NCBI GenBank assembly: GCA_002009975.1
Contig: MTLP01000017.1
Span: 1 to 49,873 of the forward strand
Direction of reading: 5' to 3'
Length of the DNA: 49,873 bases
Source: Thermococcus sp. JdFR-02
GTDB lineage: Archaea; Methanobacteriota_B; Thermococci; Thermococcales; Thermococcaceae
The position numbers and the translations under genes are program-made. Every line of letters starts with the position of its first letter. Within the stretch, counting starts at the first letter, position 1. This document shows positions 33,532 to 48,350 of this stretch, piece by piece. A model generated the notes under the pieces. The model saw only the letters and a list, made by a program, of their open reading frames with translations. It searched no databases and was not told the origin of the DNA.

Positions 33532-34191
33532 TTATCCACCTCCAAACAAGTCAAAAATAGTCTCTTCACACCCTTTTGTAATTATTCCGATCTTCCGCCC
33601 ATTCTTAAAGAAAGTTTCAACGACAATGTCGGAGTAGGGGTAGATAACCTCTTCCAAATTTGGACACTCCTCACTGTTATAAATTATCACAGCTCTCATA
33701 TCCTTAACAAACGGCTTAGTGTCATACTTAACTGACAGCAGAAGCTTGTAAGTTTTCAATGGCTTTGAAAAAAGCTTGCAAACACTTGAAGATAAATAGG
33801 TAAAAAACCAGATCTCTGAGTTATCCTCCCTCTCTTTCATAACATTAATGAGCAATTCTCGAAACTTGTTTACAAACACAACATCATCTATATATCCTTT
33901 AACCTGATAAACACCTTCAAAGTTACGCTCTATTCTATGAATACTACCAAAAACGTCAAAAATAAATAGCCTCTTACCCAAAAATTCTTCAAAATTAATC
34001 CCTATTCCCTCCAAATTCTCCTTAAGTACAAGAATAGGATCATAGACAATTATAAAAACCGTTTTTTCTTTTTCTAAAACTCGCTTAAGAAGCAAGAGTC
34101 CAAATAAATCCCCATTAGATTCAAGATCCCTCTCAATTATGCTCAGAATGCCATTTTTTGGTATTGCACCAAGCAGTGCATCAATGTTCAT
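33532..34191 (-). CDS. RecA/KaiC-fold protein with degenerate P-loop, paralog of its neighbour
   Basis: IDALLGAIP, IFDVFGSI and YSDIVVE; no Walker A lysine. Confidence 0.55.
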   Translation of the reverse strand: MNIDALLGAIPKNGILSIIERDLESNGDLFGLLLLKRVLEKEKTVFIIVYDPILVLKENLEGIGINFEEFLGKRLFIFDVFGSIHRIERNFEGVYQVKGYIDDVVFVNKFRELLINVMKEREDNSEIWFFTYLSSSVCKLFSKPLKTYKLLLSVKYDTKPFVKDMRAVIIYNSEECPNLEEVIYPYSDIVVETFFKNGRKIGIITKGCEETIFDLFGGG

Positions 34192-34257
34192 ATGTCTCCC
34201 ACCACAATATACAATCCTTAATGTTTAAATAATTGTCGAAAAAGGAATGCAAGTGCT

Positions 34258-34317
34258 TTAACAAATTCATGTTAAAATAAAGCTTAAAAAGTGAAAATTT
34301 TAACAAATTTTTGGTGA
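34258..34317. promoter_or_regulatory. Paired pur boxes upstream of purD
   Basis: TTAACA-N6-TGTTAA (34258) and TTAACA-N6-TGGTGA (34300). Confidence 0.75.
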
Positions 34318-34322
34318 AGAAT

Positions 34323-35621
34323 ATGAAAGTTCTTTTAGTTGGTGCTGGTGGAAGAGAAAGTGCAATAGCTGAAGCTCTTGTTAATAGCGGGGCTAAGCTT
34401 TACGTCGTCTCTAAGCACGTTAATCCAGGTATCAAAAAATTAGCTCAAGAATATGGCTTAGCTAAGGAAACAGACATTGGAAAAGTTTTAGATTTTGCCT
34501 TGAATTGGGGCATTGATCTAGCATTTATCGGTCCAGAGGCTCCGTTAGAAAAGGGAATTGTTGATATTCTAGAAGAAAATGGCATTCCAACAGTTGGTCC
34601 TTCAAGAGAAGCAGCACAGCTTGAAACAAACAAAGCTTTTGCAAGGCAAATAATGGAGAAGTATAAAATTCCCGGGAGAAAGCTCTTCAAAGTTTTCAAC
34701 GATGCCAAAGAGATGAGCGATTGGATTGACGAATTTGGAAAGCCAGTTGTAGTGAAGCCCTTGGGATTAACAGGCGGAAAGGGTGTAAAAGTAGTTGGTT
34801 ACCAGCTTAAAGACAATGAAGAGGCAAAAGATTATGCCAAAAAGCTCATAGAGAAAGATGGGAAAGTCTTAATTGAAGAAAGAACAGATGGTGTTGAATT
34901 CACATTTCAAGTCTTCACCGACGGAAAAGAAATTTTTCCAATGCCATTAGCTCAAGATTATCCACATGCTTATGACGGCGATGTTGGACCAATCACCGGA
35001 GGAATGGGTTCTTATTCATGTGAAAATCATTATTTGCCTTTTGTTACGAAGGAAGATTATGAAAAAGCTCTAAACACTTTGAAAAAAACAATCAAAGCAA
35101 TGAGAAAAGAGGGAATCCCCTACAAAGGAATCCTGTATGGACAGTTCATGCTCGCTAAGGATGAACCAAAGATAATTGAGTTTAATGCAAGATTTGGAGA
35201 CCCAGAAGCAATGAACGTTTTGCCAATTTTGGAAACGCCTCTTCTTGAGATCGCTCAAGGAATAGTTGATGGTGCTCTAAAGAAAGCAAAATTCCAAGAA
35301 AAAGCCACAGTCGTAAAGTACATCGCACCAAAAGGATACCCAGAGAATCCAATAAGGGGAGTTCAAATTCAAGTTAATGAAGCTAAGATCAGAGAAGCTG
35401 GTGCAAAAATTTACTATGCTTCAATTGATGAAAACCTTACGCTTTTAGGTTCAAGGGCTTTGGCTATCGTTGGAATTGCTGATAGCATTGAAGAAGCCGA
35501 AAAGATAGCTTCTCAGGGGATAAAACACGTTAAAGGAGAAATCTTCTACCGCAGAGATGTTGGAACCAAAGAGAGCATTGAAAAGAGAGTTAGAATCATG
35601 AAAGAGCTTAGAGGTGAGTGA
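34323..35621 (+). CDS. purD: GAR synthetase
   Basis: VGAGGRE, GPEAPL, GGKGV, GPITGGMG and EFNARFGDPE motifs. Confidence 0.97.
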   Translation: MKVLLVGAGGRESAIAEALVNSGAKLYVVSKHVNPGIKKLAQEYGLAKETDIGKVLDFALNWGIDLAFIGPEAPLEKGIVDILEENGIPTVGPSREAAQLETNKAFARQIMEKYKIPGRKLFKVFNDAKEMSDWIDEFGKPVVVKPLGLTGGKGVKVVGYQLKDNEEAKDYAKKLIEKDGKVLIEERTDGVEFTFQVFTDGKEIFPMPLAQDYPHAYDGDVGPITGGMGSYSCENHYLPFVTKEDYEKALNTLKKTIKAMRKEGIPYKGILYGQFMLAKDEPKIIEFNARFGDPEAMNVLPILETPLLEIAQGIVDGALKKAKFQEKATVVKYIAPKGYPENPIRGVQIQVNEAKIREAGAKIYYASIDENLTLLGSRALAIVGIADSIEEAEKIASQGIKHVKGEIFYRRDVGTKESIEKRVRIMKELRGE

Positions 35622-36762
35622 AATGATTGAAAGGGAGAGAATTTTGGAGATTGTAGATAGTTACGACAAAGAAAACATTGTTATTGGAGCAATTGGGAGT
35701 CATTCTGCTTTAGATATTGCGGACGGTGCTAAGGAAGAGGGGTTTAAAACCCTAATAGTTTCACAAAAAGGGAGAGAAAAGACCTACGCTCAGTATTTTA
35801 AGCAAAAGAAGACTAGAGATGGACTAATAAAGGGCTTTATTGACGAAGTTATTGTTTTAGAGAAGTTTGGAAAAATAATTGATATCCAAGAAGAGCTTAG
35901 AAAACGAAACGTCATCTTCATTCCAAATCGCTCCTTTGTGGTTTACACAGGAATTGACAAAGTTGAGACCGAGTTTTTAGTCCCACTTTTTGGAAGCAGA
36001 AACTTACTCAGAAGTGAAGAGAGAAGTGAAGAGAAGAGTTATTATTGGCTTTTGGAGAAAGCTAAGCTCCCATATCCAGAGCCAATTGAAGATCCAAAAG
36101 ACATAGATGAGCTCGTTATTGTTAAACTTCCACATGCTAAGAAAAGACTGGAGAGGGGCTTTTTTACAGCGGCATCTTATAGAGAGTTTAGGGAAAAAGC
36201 AGAGAAATTGATTAAGCTAAACGTTATCACCGAGGAAGATTTGGCAAAGGCAAGAATTGAACGTTACATTATAGGACCAGTTTTCAACTTTGATTTATTC
36301 TACTCACCAATAGACGAGGAAATAGAGCTCTTAGGAATTGATTGGCGCTTTGAGACGAGCTTAGATGGACATGTTAGGTTGCCAGCCCATCAGCAATTAA
36401 CTTTACCAGAAAAGCAGTTTGAACCAGAATATACCGTTTGCGGACATGCAAGCTCAACCCTTAGAGAATCTCTACTTGAGAAGGTATTTGATATGGCAGA
36501 GAAGTACGTTAAGGCAACTCAAAAATATTATCCACCTGGCATAATTGGACCTTTCACCCTTCAGACGGCTCTTGATAAAGATTTGAACTTCTACATCTAC
36601 GATGTAGCCCCAAGAACTGGGGGAGGAACAAATATTCACATGTCCATGGGGCATCCCTATGGAAATGCCCTTTGGAGAAAGCCAATGAGCACTGGAAGGA
36701 GGATTGCGCTTGAGATTAAGAGAGCAGTTGAATTAGATGAGCTTGAGAAGGTTGTTACTTAG
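35614..36762 (+). CDS. purP: PurP-family ATP-grasp protein (second subfamily)
   Basis: GSHSALDI, PNRSF, LERGFF, LRESLLE and APRTGGGTN motifs. Confidence 0.85.
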   Translation: MSEMIERERILEIVDSYDKENIVIGAIGSHSALDIADGAKEEGFKTLIVSQKGREKTYAQYFKQKKTRDGLIKGFIDEVIVLEKFGKIIDIQEELRKRNVIFIPNRSFVVYTGIDKVETEFLVPLFGSRNLLRSEERSEEKSYYWLLEKAKLPYPEPIEDPKDIDELVIVKLPHAKKRLERGFFTAASYREFREKAEKLIKLNVITEEDLAKARIERYIIGPVFNFDLFYSPIDEEIELLGIDWRFETSLDGHVRLPAHQQLTLPEKQFEPEYTVCGHASSTLRESLLEKVFDMAEKYVKATQKYYPPGIIGPFTLQTALDKDLNFYIYDVAPRTGGGTNIHMSMGHPYGNALWRKPMSTGRRIALEIKRAVELDELEKVVT

Positions 36763-37199
36763 CTAGCTTTTTTATAGTTTTTCCTTCTTTTCCAGCTATC
36801 AATTATGAAAATCCGCTACCTTATGTCAGTTTTTGTGAATTTTGTTAGGTAATGTGGTCGGGATTGTGGGCATTATACTTAGTGTTTATGATATTTTGCG
36901 GAGGTTATCTCACTTGTTTGTGATTTTCTAAATAGGATTCTGATGATTTCTTGGTATTGCACTAACAATTCTCTCAGTGGTAGTTTACTACTCAAAAACC
37001 TCTCAGGTGATGTTTAAAGCCTTCACGTTCATCACTTTCTTTGAATAATGTTTTGATTGCTTAAAAGTGTTACTATTTATAATTATTATATATTCTACAT
37101 TGATTATAATGAAAATGGCAATAGTAATTAGAAATACAAAAAAACTTTAAATAGTATTCGGCAGCAAATTACAAGTGAGAAACTTGGGAGGTGTCCCAA

Positions 37200-37523
37200 A
37201 TGTGGAGAAAGGCTTTAGTGTTGGGGCTAGTGTTGATAGCAATTGGGATGGTGGTGGGAGGAGCAGCAGAACATGGGAAATATGCATTGCACAAATATAA
37301 TGAAGCAGAAGAAAAATACCATCATTACATGGGACTTTACAGACAGGCGCTACTAAATGGAGATATCACAAAGGCGGAATACTACAAGTCATTGGCAGAC
37401 GAATATAAATCTGAAATGGATAGTTATATGGTATGGATGGGATTATTTGGAACTGCTGCTATAGCTGGTGCAGGTAGTGGGAATTTAGCTATAACAGGTT
37501 TATCACTGCTGGGCATGGCTTGA
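37200..37523 (+). CDS. Small secreted protein with Gly/Ala-rich hydrophobic C-terminus; candidate antimicrobial peptide precursor
   Basis: GGAGGTG RBS; MWRK + hydrophobic signal; helical middle; tail MVWMGLFGTAAIAGAGSGNLAITGLSLLGMA. Confidence 0.7.
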   Translation: MWRKALVLGLVLIAIGMVVGGAAEHGKYALHKYNEAEEKYHHYMGLYRQALLNGDITKAEYYKSLADEYKSEMDSYMVWMGLFGTAAIAGAGSGNLAITGLSLLGMA

Positions 37524-37544
37524 AACAAGAGGGGGTATGTGAAA

Positions 37545-37739
37545 ATGGCTGGTGAGTATGTTTTGTTTCTTCTTTTTGTCCTTTTGATTGTCTTACTATC
37601 GGTCATGCAAAGAAGAAGGATAAAGAAATATCATGAATACATGGAACTATACAGACAAGCCTTAGAAAAGGAGGATGAAAAAAAGGCAAGGATATACAAA
37701 TCGTATGCTGAAGAGTACTCACATTGGTGGTTTATTTAA
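37545..37739 (+). CDS. Small membrane-anchored paralog of the upstream peptide's middle domain; candidate immunity protein
   Basis: N-terminal TM helix + RRRIKK, then 20/31 identical residues to 37200-37523. Confidence 0.7.
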   Translation: MAGEYVLFLLFVLLIVLLSVMQRRRIKKYHEYMELYRQALEKEDEKKARIYKSYAEEYSHWWFI

Positions 37740-37780
37740 GCCTATTAAATTTAAAAGAGCATTTAATTGGGGGAGCATTT

Positions 37781-38356
37781 ATGGGAATAGGGACTGTGAA
37801 ATCTTTAATATTATGTTCATTTCTTATATTTTTGGTCGGTTGTATGTTTGGTTTTAGTATTCTGGGCTATTACAAAAATCATCCATCGATTAATTTCAGT
37901 TTCACACCAATTTTGGGACACAGAACTAACGAAAGCATACATGCTTTCAAGTATATCTTTGTTAAAAATTTGAAAGTTATTTTATTAATTTCCTTCGGAG
38001 GTGTATTAACTTTTGGAGGTGTGACAATTTTAAATTTAATAATAAATGGAATGCCTCTGGGCATATCACTCCATTCTGCGTGGAACTTACGTCATTTGGG
38101 CGAGCTTAAAGCGTTTTTTCTACTCATTTTTCCTCATGGTGTTTTTGAAATCCCTGCTTTAATTATAGCCGGAGCAGCTGGCTTCAAAATCCCTTACGAG
38201 CTGTTAAGATTTGCTTTGGGCAAGAAAGAAGAAATTATAAGTGAGGAAGACGCTAAAGAGTTCTTCAAGCTTGTAGCGGTTTCAATAGTCTTAATATTCA
38301 TTGCTGCTTTAATTGAAAGCACTATCACGGCCAAAATAGCAGAGAAATTAGCTTAG
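37781..38356 (+). CDS. SpoIIM/DUF95-family membrane protein
   Basis: IFVKNL, NG and PHGVFEIPALIIAGAAG motifs; C-terminal AALIES. Confidence 0.9.
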   Translation: MGIGTVKSLILCSFLIFLVGCMFGFSILGYYKNHPSINFSFTPILGHRTNESIHAFKYIFVKNLKVILLISFGGVLTFGGVTILNLIINGMPLGISLHSAWNLRHLGELKAFFLLIFPHGVFEIPALIIAGAAGFKIPYELLRFALGKKEEIISEEDAKEFFKLVAVSIVLIFIAALIESTITAKIAEKLA

Positions 38357-38402
38357 ATAGTGATTGTAGATTTTTAATTCAATTAAAGTTAGCAATGTTG
38401 TT

Positions 38403-38462
38403 TTGACATTTTTTTGTCAAAATAAACTTAAAAACTTGCAACTTTTAACATTTATTTGATAA
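38403..38462. promoter_or_regulatory. Paired pur boxes upstream of purSQL
   Basis: TTGACA-N6-TGTCAA (38403) and TTAACA-N6-TGATAA (38445). Confidence 0.75.
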
Positions 38463-38472
38463 GGTGATCCTC

Positions 38473-38718
38473 ATGAAATATAAGGCAAAAATCATTGTCA
38501 AGCTTAAAGAGGGTTTGAACGATCCAGAGGGTAGAGTTATTGAGAAAGCTTTGAAGAATTTGGGCTATAAGATAGAAGAGCTCAAGGTTCCAAAATATTT
38601 TGAGCTTGTTTTCGAGAGCAAGAATCCAGAAAAAGAAGTCGAAGAGATGTGCAAGCGTTTGTTAGCAAACCCAGTTATACACGTCTATGAGTATGAAATT
38701 GAACCTTTAGGTGAGTGA
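38473..38718 (+). CDS. purS: FGAM synthase subunit PurS
   Basis: LNDPEG and [11 protein letters not shown] motifs. Confidence 0.96.
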   Translation: MKYKAKIIVKLKEGLNDPEGRVIEKALKNLGYKIEELKVPKYFELVFESKNPEKEVEEMCKRLLANPVIHVYEYEIEPLGE

Positions 38719-38719
38719 G

Positions 38720-39391
38720 ATGCCAAAGTTTGCCGTTTTAGTTTTTCCTGGAACAAATTGTGACTTTGAAACGGTTAGTGCAATAAAAAAAGCGGGAGGA
38801 AATGCAGAGAGAGTTTGGTACAAGCAAAGTCTGAAAGACTTTGATGGCGTTGTGATTCCAGGTGGCTTCAGCTATGCTGATTATTTGAGAGCTGGTGCCA
38901 TAAGTGCAAGAGCAGAGATTATGGAAGAAATTAAAGAGATTGCCAAAGAAGGAAAGCCTATTTTAGGAATTTGCAATGGATTTCAAATTTTAACAGAAAG
39001 CGGTCTTTTACCAGGTGCATTGAGACCGAATAAAATCCCAAGATTCCTTTGCAAGTGGGTCTATTTGAAAGTTAGCGATAATCAAACTGCTTTTACCCGA
39101 TTTTACAGCGAAGGAGAAGTTATAAGGATGCCAATTGCCCACGCTGAGGGGAACTACTATGTCAATGACCCAAATAAAATCAGAATAGCTTTCCAATACA
39201 GCGATGCGAATGGAGAGATTAGTGAAGAAGCAAACCCTAATGGTTCTATTCTCAACATAGCGGGAATAAGCAATGAAAAAGGAAACGTTCTTGGCATGAT
39301 GCCCCATCCAGAGAGAGCAAGCGATAGATGGTTAGGAAGTGAAGATGGATTAAGGGTGTTCAAATCTATGATTGAATACGTTAAAAGGTGA
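38720..39391 (+). CDS. purQ: FGAM synthase glutaminase subunit PurQ
   Basis: [27 protein letters not shown] and MMPHPER motifs. Confidence 0.97.
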   Translation: MPKFAVLVFPGTNCDFETVSAIKKAGGNAERVWYKQSLKDFDGVVIPGGFSYADYLRAGAISARAEIMEEIKEIAKEGKPILGICNGFQILTESGLLPGALRPNKIPRFLCKWVYLKVSDNQTAFTRFYSEGEVIRMPIAHAEGNYYVNDPNKIRIAFQYSDANGEISEEANPNGSILNIAGISNEKGNVLGMMPHPERASDRWLGSEDGLRVFKSMIEYVKR

Positions 39392-39396
39392 TCCTG

Positions 39397-41538
39397 ATGT
39401 TCCCTCACGAGGAAAAGATCATTAAAGAAAAACTTGGAAGAGAACCTAACGAAGTTGAAAAAGCCATGATTGAAGTAATGTGGAGCGAACATGCATCCTA
39501 TAAGTCAAGTCGTACCTGGTTAAAGCTCCTGCCAACTAAAAACGAGCATGTGATTTTAGGACCAGGAGAAGATGCTGGAGTGATAAAATTTGATGAAAAT
39601 ACTGCTATAGTTGTGGGTTTTGAGAGCCATAATCATCCCTCGGCTGTTGAACCTTATGGAGGAGCGGCAACAGGTATTGGAGGAATTGTTAGGGATATTT
39701 TATGTATGGGTGCTCGTCCTATAGCCCTTTTAGACCCAATAAGATTCGGACCTTTGAAAAAAGAACGTAATCGCTATTTATTTGAATACGTTGTTAAGGG
39801 AATAGCAGATTACGGCAATAGAATAGGCGTTCCGACAGTTGGAGGAGAAGTTGAGTTTGATGAAAGCTTAGATAATTACACTTTAGTTAACGTTGCTTGT
39901 GTTGGAATAATGAAACCTGAGGAATTAATTCATAGTTACGTTGAAGAGAGCGGTCTTTTGCTTGTTTTGGTTGGCAACAAAACTGGAAGAGATGGAATTC
40001 ATGGGGTAACTTTTGCAAGTGAAGAACTTAGTGAGAATGCTGAAGAAGAGGATCGCTCAGCGGTCCAAATTCCCGATCCATTCACCGAAAAACTTCTAAT
40101 AGAGGCAACCTTAGAGGCTTTAGCTACTAAAAAAGTCAAAGCTTTGAAAGATTTGGGCGGAGGAGGTTTAACTTGTGCTTCATCTGAGATGGCTGGTAAA
40201 AAGGGCTTTGGTGCAATAATTTACGCTCATAAAGTCCCACAGAGAGAACCAAATATGAACGCAATGGAAGTTATGATTTCAGAGAGTCAAGAGAGAATGC
40301 TGTTTGCAGTTGAAAAAGAGGATTTGGAAGAAGTAGTTAAGATTTTTGACAAATATGATTTGGATTGGACAGTTGTTGGTGAAATAATTGATGAACCTCG
40401 CTTTATAGTTTACTGGGGCGAAGAGAAAGTTGCAGATCTACCAATTAGCATTTTAACAGAAGTTCCAACTATTATCTGGGAATCTAAGCCATACAAACTT
40501 GAAAAAGATGTTGAAACTCCTGAAATTGAGGTTAAAGATGCCCTAATTAAAGTTCTCTCAAGTCCAAATATAATAAGCAAAGAATGGGTGTACAGGCAAT
40601 ATGACCACGAAGTTCAAGGGAGAAGTGTTTTAAAGCCAGGTCTAGATGCCGCTGTGCTAAAGATTAATGATAAATATGGCTTAGCTCTAGTTAGCGATGG
40701 AAATCCATCTTACAGCTTTTTAAATCCATATCACGGTGCAATGGCTTGTGTAGTTGAAACATTGAGGAATTTAGCATCAGTTGGAGCAAAACCCTTAGCT
40801 TTGGTGGATAACTTAAACTTTGCCTCTCCAGAGAGACCAGAGATTTACTGGCAGTTCATAGAAACTATTAAAGGATTAAGCGATGCTGCAAAAGCATTTG
40901 ATTTAGCTTATGTAAGCGGAAATGTTAGTTTTTACAATGAAGTCAATGGAAAGCCAATAAAGCCGACTCCTGTTGTAGTTGCCTTTGGAAAAGTAAAGCT
41001 TGAGAACTTAACTACAATGAACTTCAAGAGTGAAGGAGAGCTTATAGGGATAGTTGGAGTAACGAAGAAAGAGCTTGGTGGAAGTGAGCTTTACAGAGTT
41101 TTCGGCATTGAAGGAGGAATTGCTCCAAAAGTTGAGCTTGAAAGGGAGAAGAAGAACATTGAAGGAATTCTAAAGGCTATAGAGCGAAAATTGGTCAAAG
41201 CTGTCCATGATATAAGTAAGGGAGGACTTGCGATAGCTTTGGCTGAAATGAGCTTAAGCTCCAGCTTGGGCTTTGAAGTTGACATAAGTAAAGTTCCAGT
41301 GGAAATGAAGCTCTCAGCAATAGAAAGGCTCTTTTCAGAAAGTCAAGCGAGATTTATAATAAGTTTTGACAGAGAAAACTTGGAAAAACTTGAAAGATTA
41401 TTTGACGAGTTCTCAGTTATTGGAGAGGTAAAGGGAAAAGAGATGGTTTTCAAGGAAAATGAAAAAGAATTAGTAAGAATCAGCTTGGAAGAAGCAAATG
41501 AGATCTTTAATTCCTTACCAAAGCTCCTTGGAGAATGA
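39397..41538 (+). CDS. purL: FGAM synthase subunit PurL
   Basis: [31 protein letters not shown] and GNVSFYN motifs. Confidence 0.97.
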   Translation: MFPHEEKIIKEKLGREPNEVEKAMIEVMWSEHASYKSSRTWLKLLPTKNEHVILGPGEDAGVIKFDENTAIVVGFESHNHPSAVEPYGGAATGIGGIVRDILCMGARPIALLDPIRFGPLKKERNRYLFEYVVKGIADYGNRIGVPTVGGEVEFDESLDNYTLVNVACVGIMKPEELIHSYVEESGLLLVLVGNKTGRDGIHGVTFASEELSENAEEEDRSAVQIPDPFTEKLLIEATLEALATKKVKALKDLGGGGLTCASSEMAGKKGFGAIIYAHKVPQREPNMNAMEVMISESQERMLFAVEKEDLEEVVKIFDKYDLDWTVVGEIIDEPRFIVYWGEEKVADLPISILTEVPTIIWESKPYKLEKDVETPEIEVKDALIKVLSSPNIISKEWVYRQYDHEVQGRSVLKPGLDAAVLKINDKYGLALVSDGNPSYSFLNPYHGAMACVVETLRNLASVGAKPLALVDNLNFASPERPEIYWQFIETIKGLSDAAKAFDLAYVSGNVSFYNEVNGKPIKPTPVVVAFGKVKLENLTTMNFKSEGELIGIVGVTKKELGGSELYRVFGIEGGIAPKVELEREKKNIEGILKAIERKLVKAVHDISKGGLAIALAEMSLSSSLGFEVDISKVPVEMKLSAIERLFSESQARFIISFDRENLEKLERLFDEFSVIGEVKGKEMVFKENEKELVRISLEEANEIFNSLPKLLGE

Positions 41539-41572
41539 TTCCTTCTTCTAAAAATTTTTATAAAAAAGAGCT

Positions 41573-46075
<4,503 letters not shown>

Positions 46076-46408
46076 TTAAGAATTACAGCGACTATTGTGG
46101 AAAAGTGCCTAAGAGAAAGAGATAAGCCAACCCCTAAATATACTTTACCCCATTGGTGGTTGCCTTAGTGTCAAATAATTAGTTGAAAAGCTGACGCTAG
46201 ATTATAAGAGAAGAAAAAGAGGCATAGTCATAATGTCGGATAAATTATCCAATGAATTCTGCATCTTAAGCATCTTTTTCAAATCTCTTAAGTCCCAGCA
46301 CAATGTACTATCGGTCTTTTTCTTAAAGCTTTTTGCTATTGCTAAAAATCCTTTTTCCACTCTTCCAGTTGGACTATCCCGTTTTTGGATATTTATTTCT
46401 TGGTTGCA

Positions 46409-46852
46409 TCATTCAACATCAAATGATTCATAGATTAGCTTTAACCTGTAGGCATGTTTAAGCTCTTCCCTGCTCATCATCCTAAAGATTTCACTTAAGG
46501 AACCCCTGAGAATTTCACCAAGCTTTTTATAAAGCTCATAGCTGTGCTTTTCCCTAATCAAGGCTTCCAGAATTAAATCGTCTAAGCTCTTTGGATTAAC
46601 CCTCTTATCCTCAAAATACGGCTCTAAAGCCAGAGAATCAATGTAATCAATTATTCTAGTGTTTTCTAATGTGCCATCTTTAAGAAAAGCCTCTATTGTG
46701 TCTCTGTGCCTAAGTTCTTCGCTTGCAAGCCAAGAGAAGTGTTCTGCTAAATTTGGCTTCTCATAAACTGCAAAGGTTTCTCCGAGCTTGTAAAGATTGT
46801 AGAGTTCATTTTCTTGCCATATTATCTTTTTTAAGAGTTCTTGAAGATTCAT
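46409..46852 (-). CDS. Ferritin-like / rubrerythrin-domain protein
   Basis: Two E...LY / EExxH diiron repeats (EELRH, EELKH). Confidence 0.85.
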   Translation of the reverse strand: MNLQELLKKIIWQENELYNLYKLGETFAVYEKPNLAEHFSWLASEELRHRDTIEAFLKDGTLENTRIIDYIDSLALEPYFEDKRVNPKSLDDLILEALIREKHSYELYKKLGEILRGSLSEIFRMMSREELKHAYRLKLIYESFDVE

Positions 46853-46862
46853 GGGATCACCT

Positions 46863-47459
46863 TTATCCTATATTTCCTTCCCTGTCTTGAAGCAATTTGT
46901 CTATTAGCTTATGCAAGTCCTCCTCTACCTTGGCTCTCCTATAGAAATCATACTGACTTTTCACGAAATCATAATGACGCTTTTCATCATTTGAAAGGGC
47001 AAAGAACAATTCCTTATACTCCTTTTTTGTAAAGCTTTCTCCTACAAATTTATACATCCTCTCGGCAAGTCTTTCTGCCTCCATAGCAACTTCCAATACG
47101 TCCAAATAGTCCCCCACAGTCTTTAGTTTGAATTTATCATCTATAATAATTTTTGGCAGCGTTTCAATTTCCATCTTTTCTGGTTCTTCATTTGGGAACA
47201 ATTCCCCAAAGATATGCAGAATCTTCTCTTTATGTGCTTTCTCTCCTTTCATGAACTGTTTAAACCTTTTTCTTGAGTGTGGCTCCTCAATTTTTTCATA
47301 GAGAAAAGAGTATAACCTTATTGCGTCTTCCTCTCCCTTTAGTGCATAGCTGAGTATCTCCTTAAGCGGCTTTTTAACAATTTCCTGAAAAATCTTCATA
47401 ACTCTCTCTTCAATTTCCCCCTCTTTCTCAAAGGTTTGTTTCATAATTTCCCACCACAT
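46863..47459 (-). CDS. Ferritin-like / rubrerythrin-domain protein
   Basis: EEDAIRLY/EKAH and ERLAERMY/DEKRH repeats. Confidence 0.85.
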   Translation of the reverse strand: MWWEIMKQTFEKEGEIEERVMKIFQEIVKKPLKEILSYALKGEEDAIRLYSFLYEKIEEPHSRKRFKQFMKGEKAHKEKILHIFGELFPNEEPEKMEIETLPKIIIDDKFKLKTVGDYLDVLEVAMEAERLAERMYKFVGESFTKKEYKELFFALSNDEKRHYDFVKSQYDFYRRAKVEEDLHKLIDKLLQDREGNIG

Positions 47460-47516
47460 TATGTTACATTGCAGTTTAATTTTAAGTTCAAATGCTTTTA
47501 AAACTTCTTCTTTGAT

Positions 47517-48311
47517 TCAACCAACATGTACTTTTAAATACTCCAAAAGCTCTTTTATACTTGCAAGTACTAAATCAGGTTTAAATTCACTCTTTTCAAT
47601 GTCCTCAAGACTATTTATTCCGCTTAAAACCATTATTGACTTAGCATTGATTTTCTTTGCAAAAACTATATCGGTATCAAGCCTATCTCCAACCACCCAA
47701 ATTTCATCTGCATCCAGCTTTTCTCTCACAATCTCGTAAACAGGTTCATTTGGCTTTCCTATGATTAGAGGCTCAACATCTGTTGATGCCTTTAAGGAGG
47801 CTATAATTGAGCCAGTTCCAGGAACAATGCCTATTTCACTTGGATATGTTGTATCTGGGTTAGTTCCAATGAATTTTGCTCCACTTCTGATTGCCAAGCA
47901 AGCGTATTTTAGCTTTTCATAGGTTAACTTTGTATCCAATCCAACTACAACGTAATCTATACTTCCCCATCTCTCTTTAATCTCTTCAAAGCTTACTAGT
48001 TCCCAACCAATTGATTTTATCTCCTCAATTAAGCCTTTTTCTCCAATCACAAAGACTCTCCCTTTCTTAAAATGCTTTTTTAGATATTGAGCTGTTGCAT
48101 ACCCAGAGGTTATGATTCTATCTTCTTCAACATCTATCCCCATTTTATGGAGCTTTTCTCTATACATCTTAGCATTTCTCGTTGAATTATTTGTTAAAAG
48201 AACAAAAGGAATCTTCTTTGATTTTAGATACTCAACAACCTCCTTGGCACCTTCAATTGGTTGGTCACCTCTATAGAGAACACCATCCATGTCAAAGATT
48301 ATCCCTATCAT
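47517..48311 (-). CDS. HAD subfamily IIA hydrolase (NagD-like)
   Basis: FDMDGVL, LTNNS, TNPD, GKP and GDRLDTDI motifs. Confidence 0.93.
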   Translation of the reverse strand: MIGIIFDMDGVLYRGDQPIEGAKEVVEYLKSKKIPFVLLTNNSTRNAKMYREKLHKMGIDVEEDRIITSGYATAQYLKKHFKKGRVFVIGEKGLIEEIKSIGWELVSFEEIKERWGSIDYVVVGLDTKLTYEKLKYACLAIRSGAKFIGTNPDTTYPSEIGIVPGTGSIIASLKASTDVEPLIIGKPNEPVYEIVREKLDADEIWVVGDRLDTDIVFAKKINAKSIMVLSGINSLEDIEKSEFKPDLVLASIKELLEYLKVHVG

Positions 48312-48350
48312 ACCAACACCAAGAGAAGAAATGAAGGAGGGTTTAAAAAA

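Noticed and set aside
36974-37035. Minus-strand GTGATGA...CTGA...CTGA resembling a box C/D sRNA
   Set aside because: The first spacer is 22 nt (expected about 12), the C' box is poor, and I could not identify guide complementarity.
46233-46433. 66-aa plus-strand ORF and broken minus-strand frames between nrdJ and the ferritin-like genes
   Set aside because: No recognisable motif and internal stops on the minus strand; it may be a remnant but cannot be supported.
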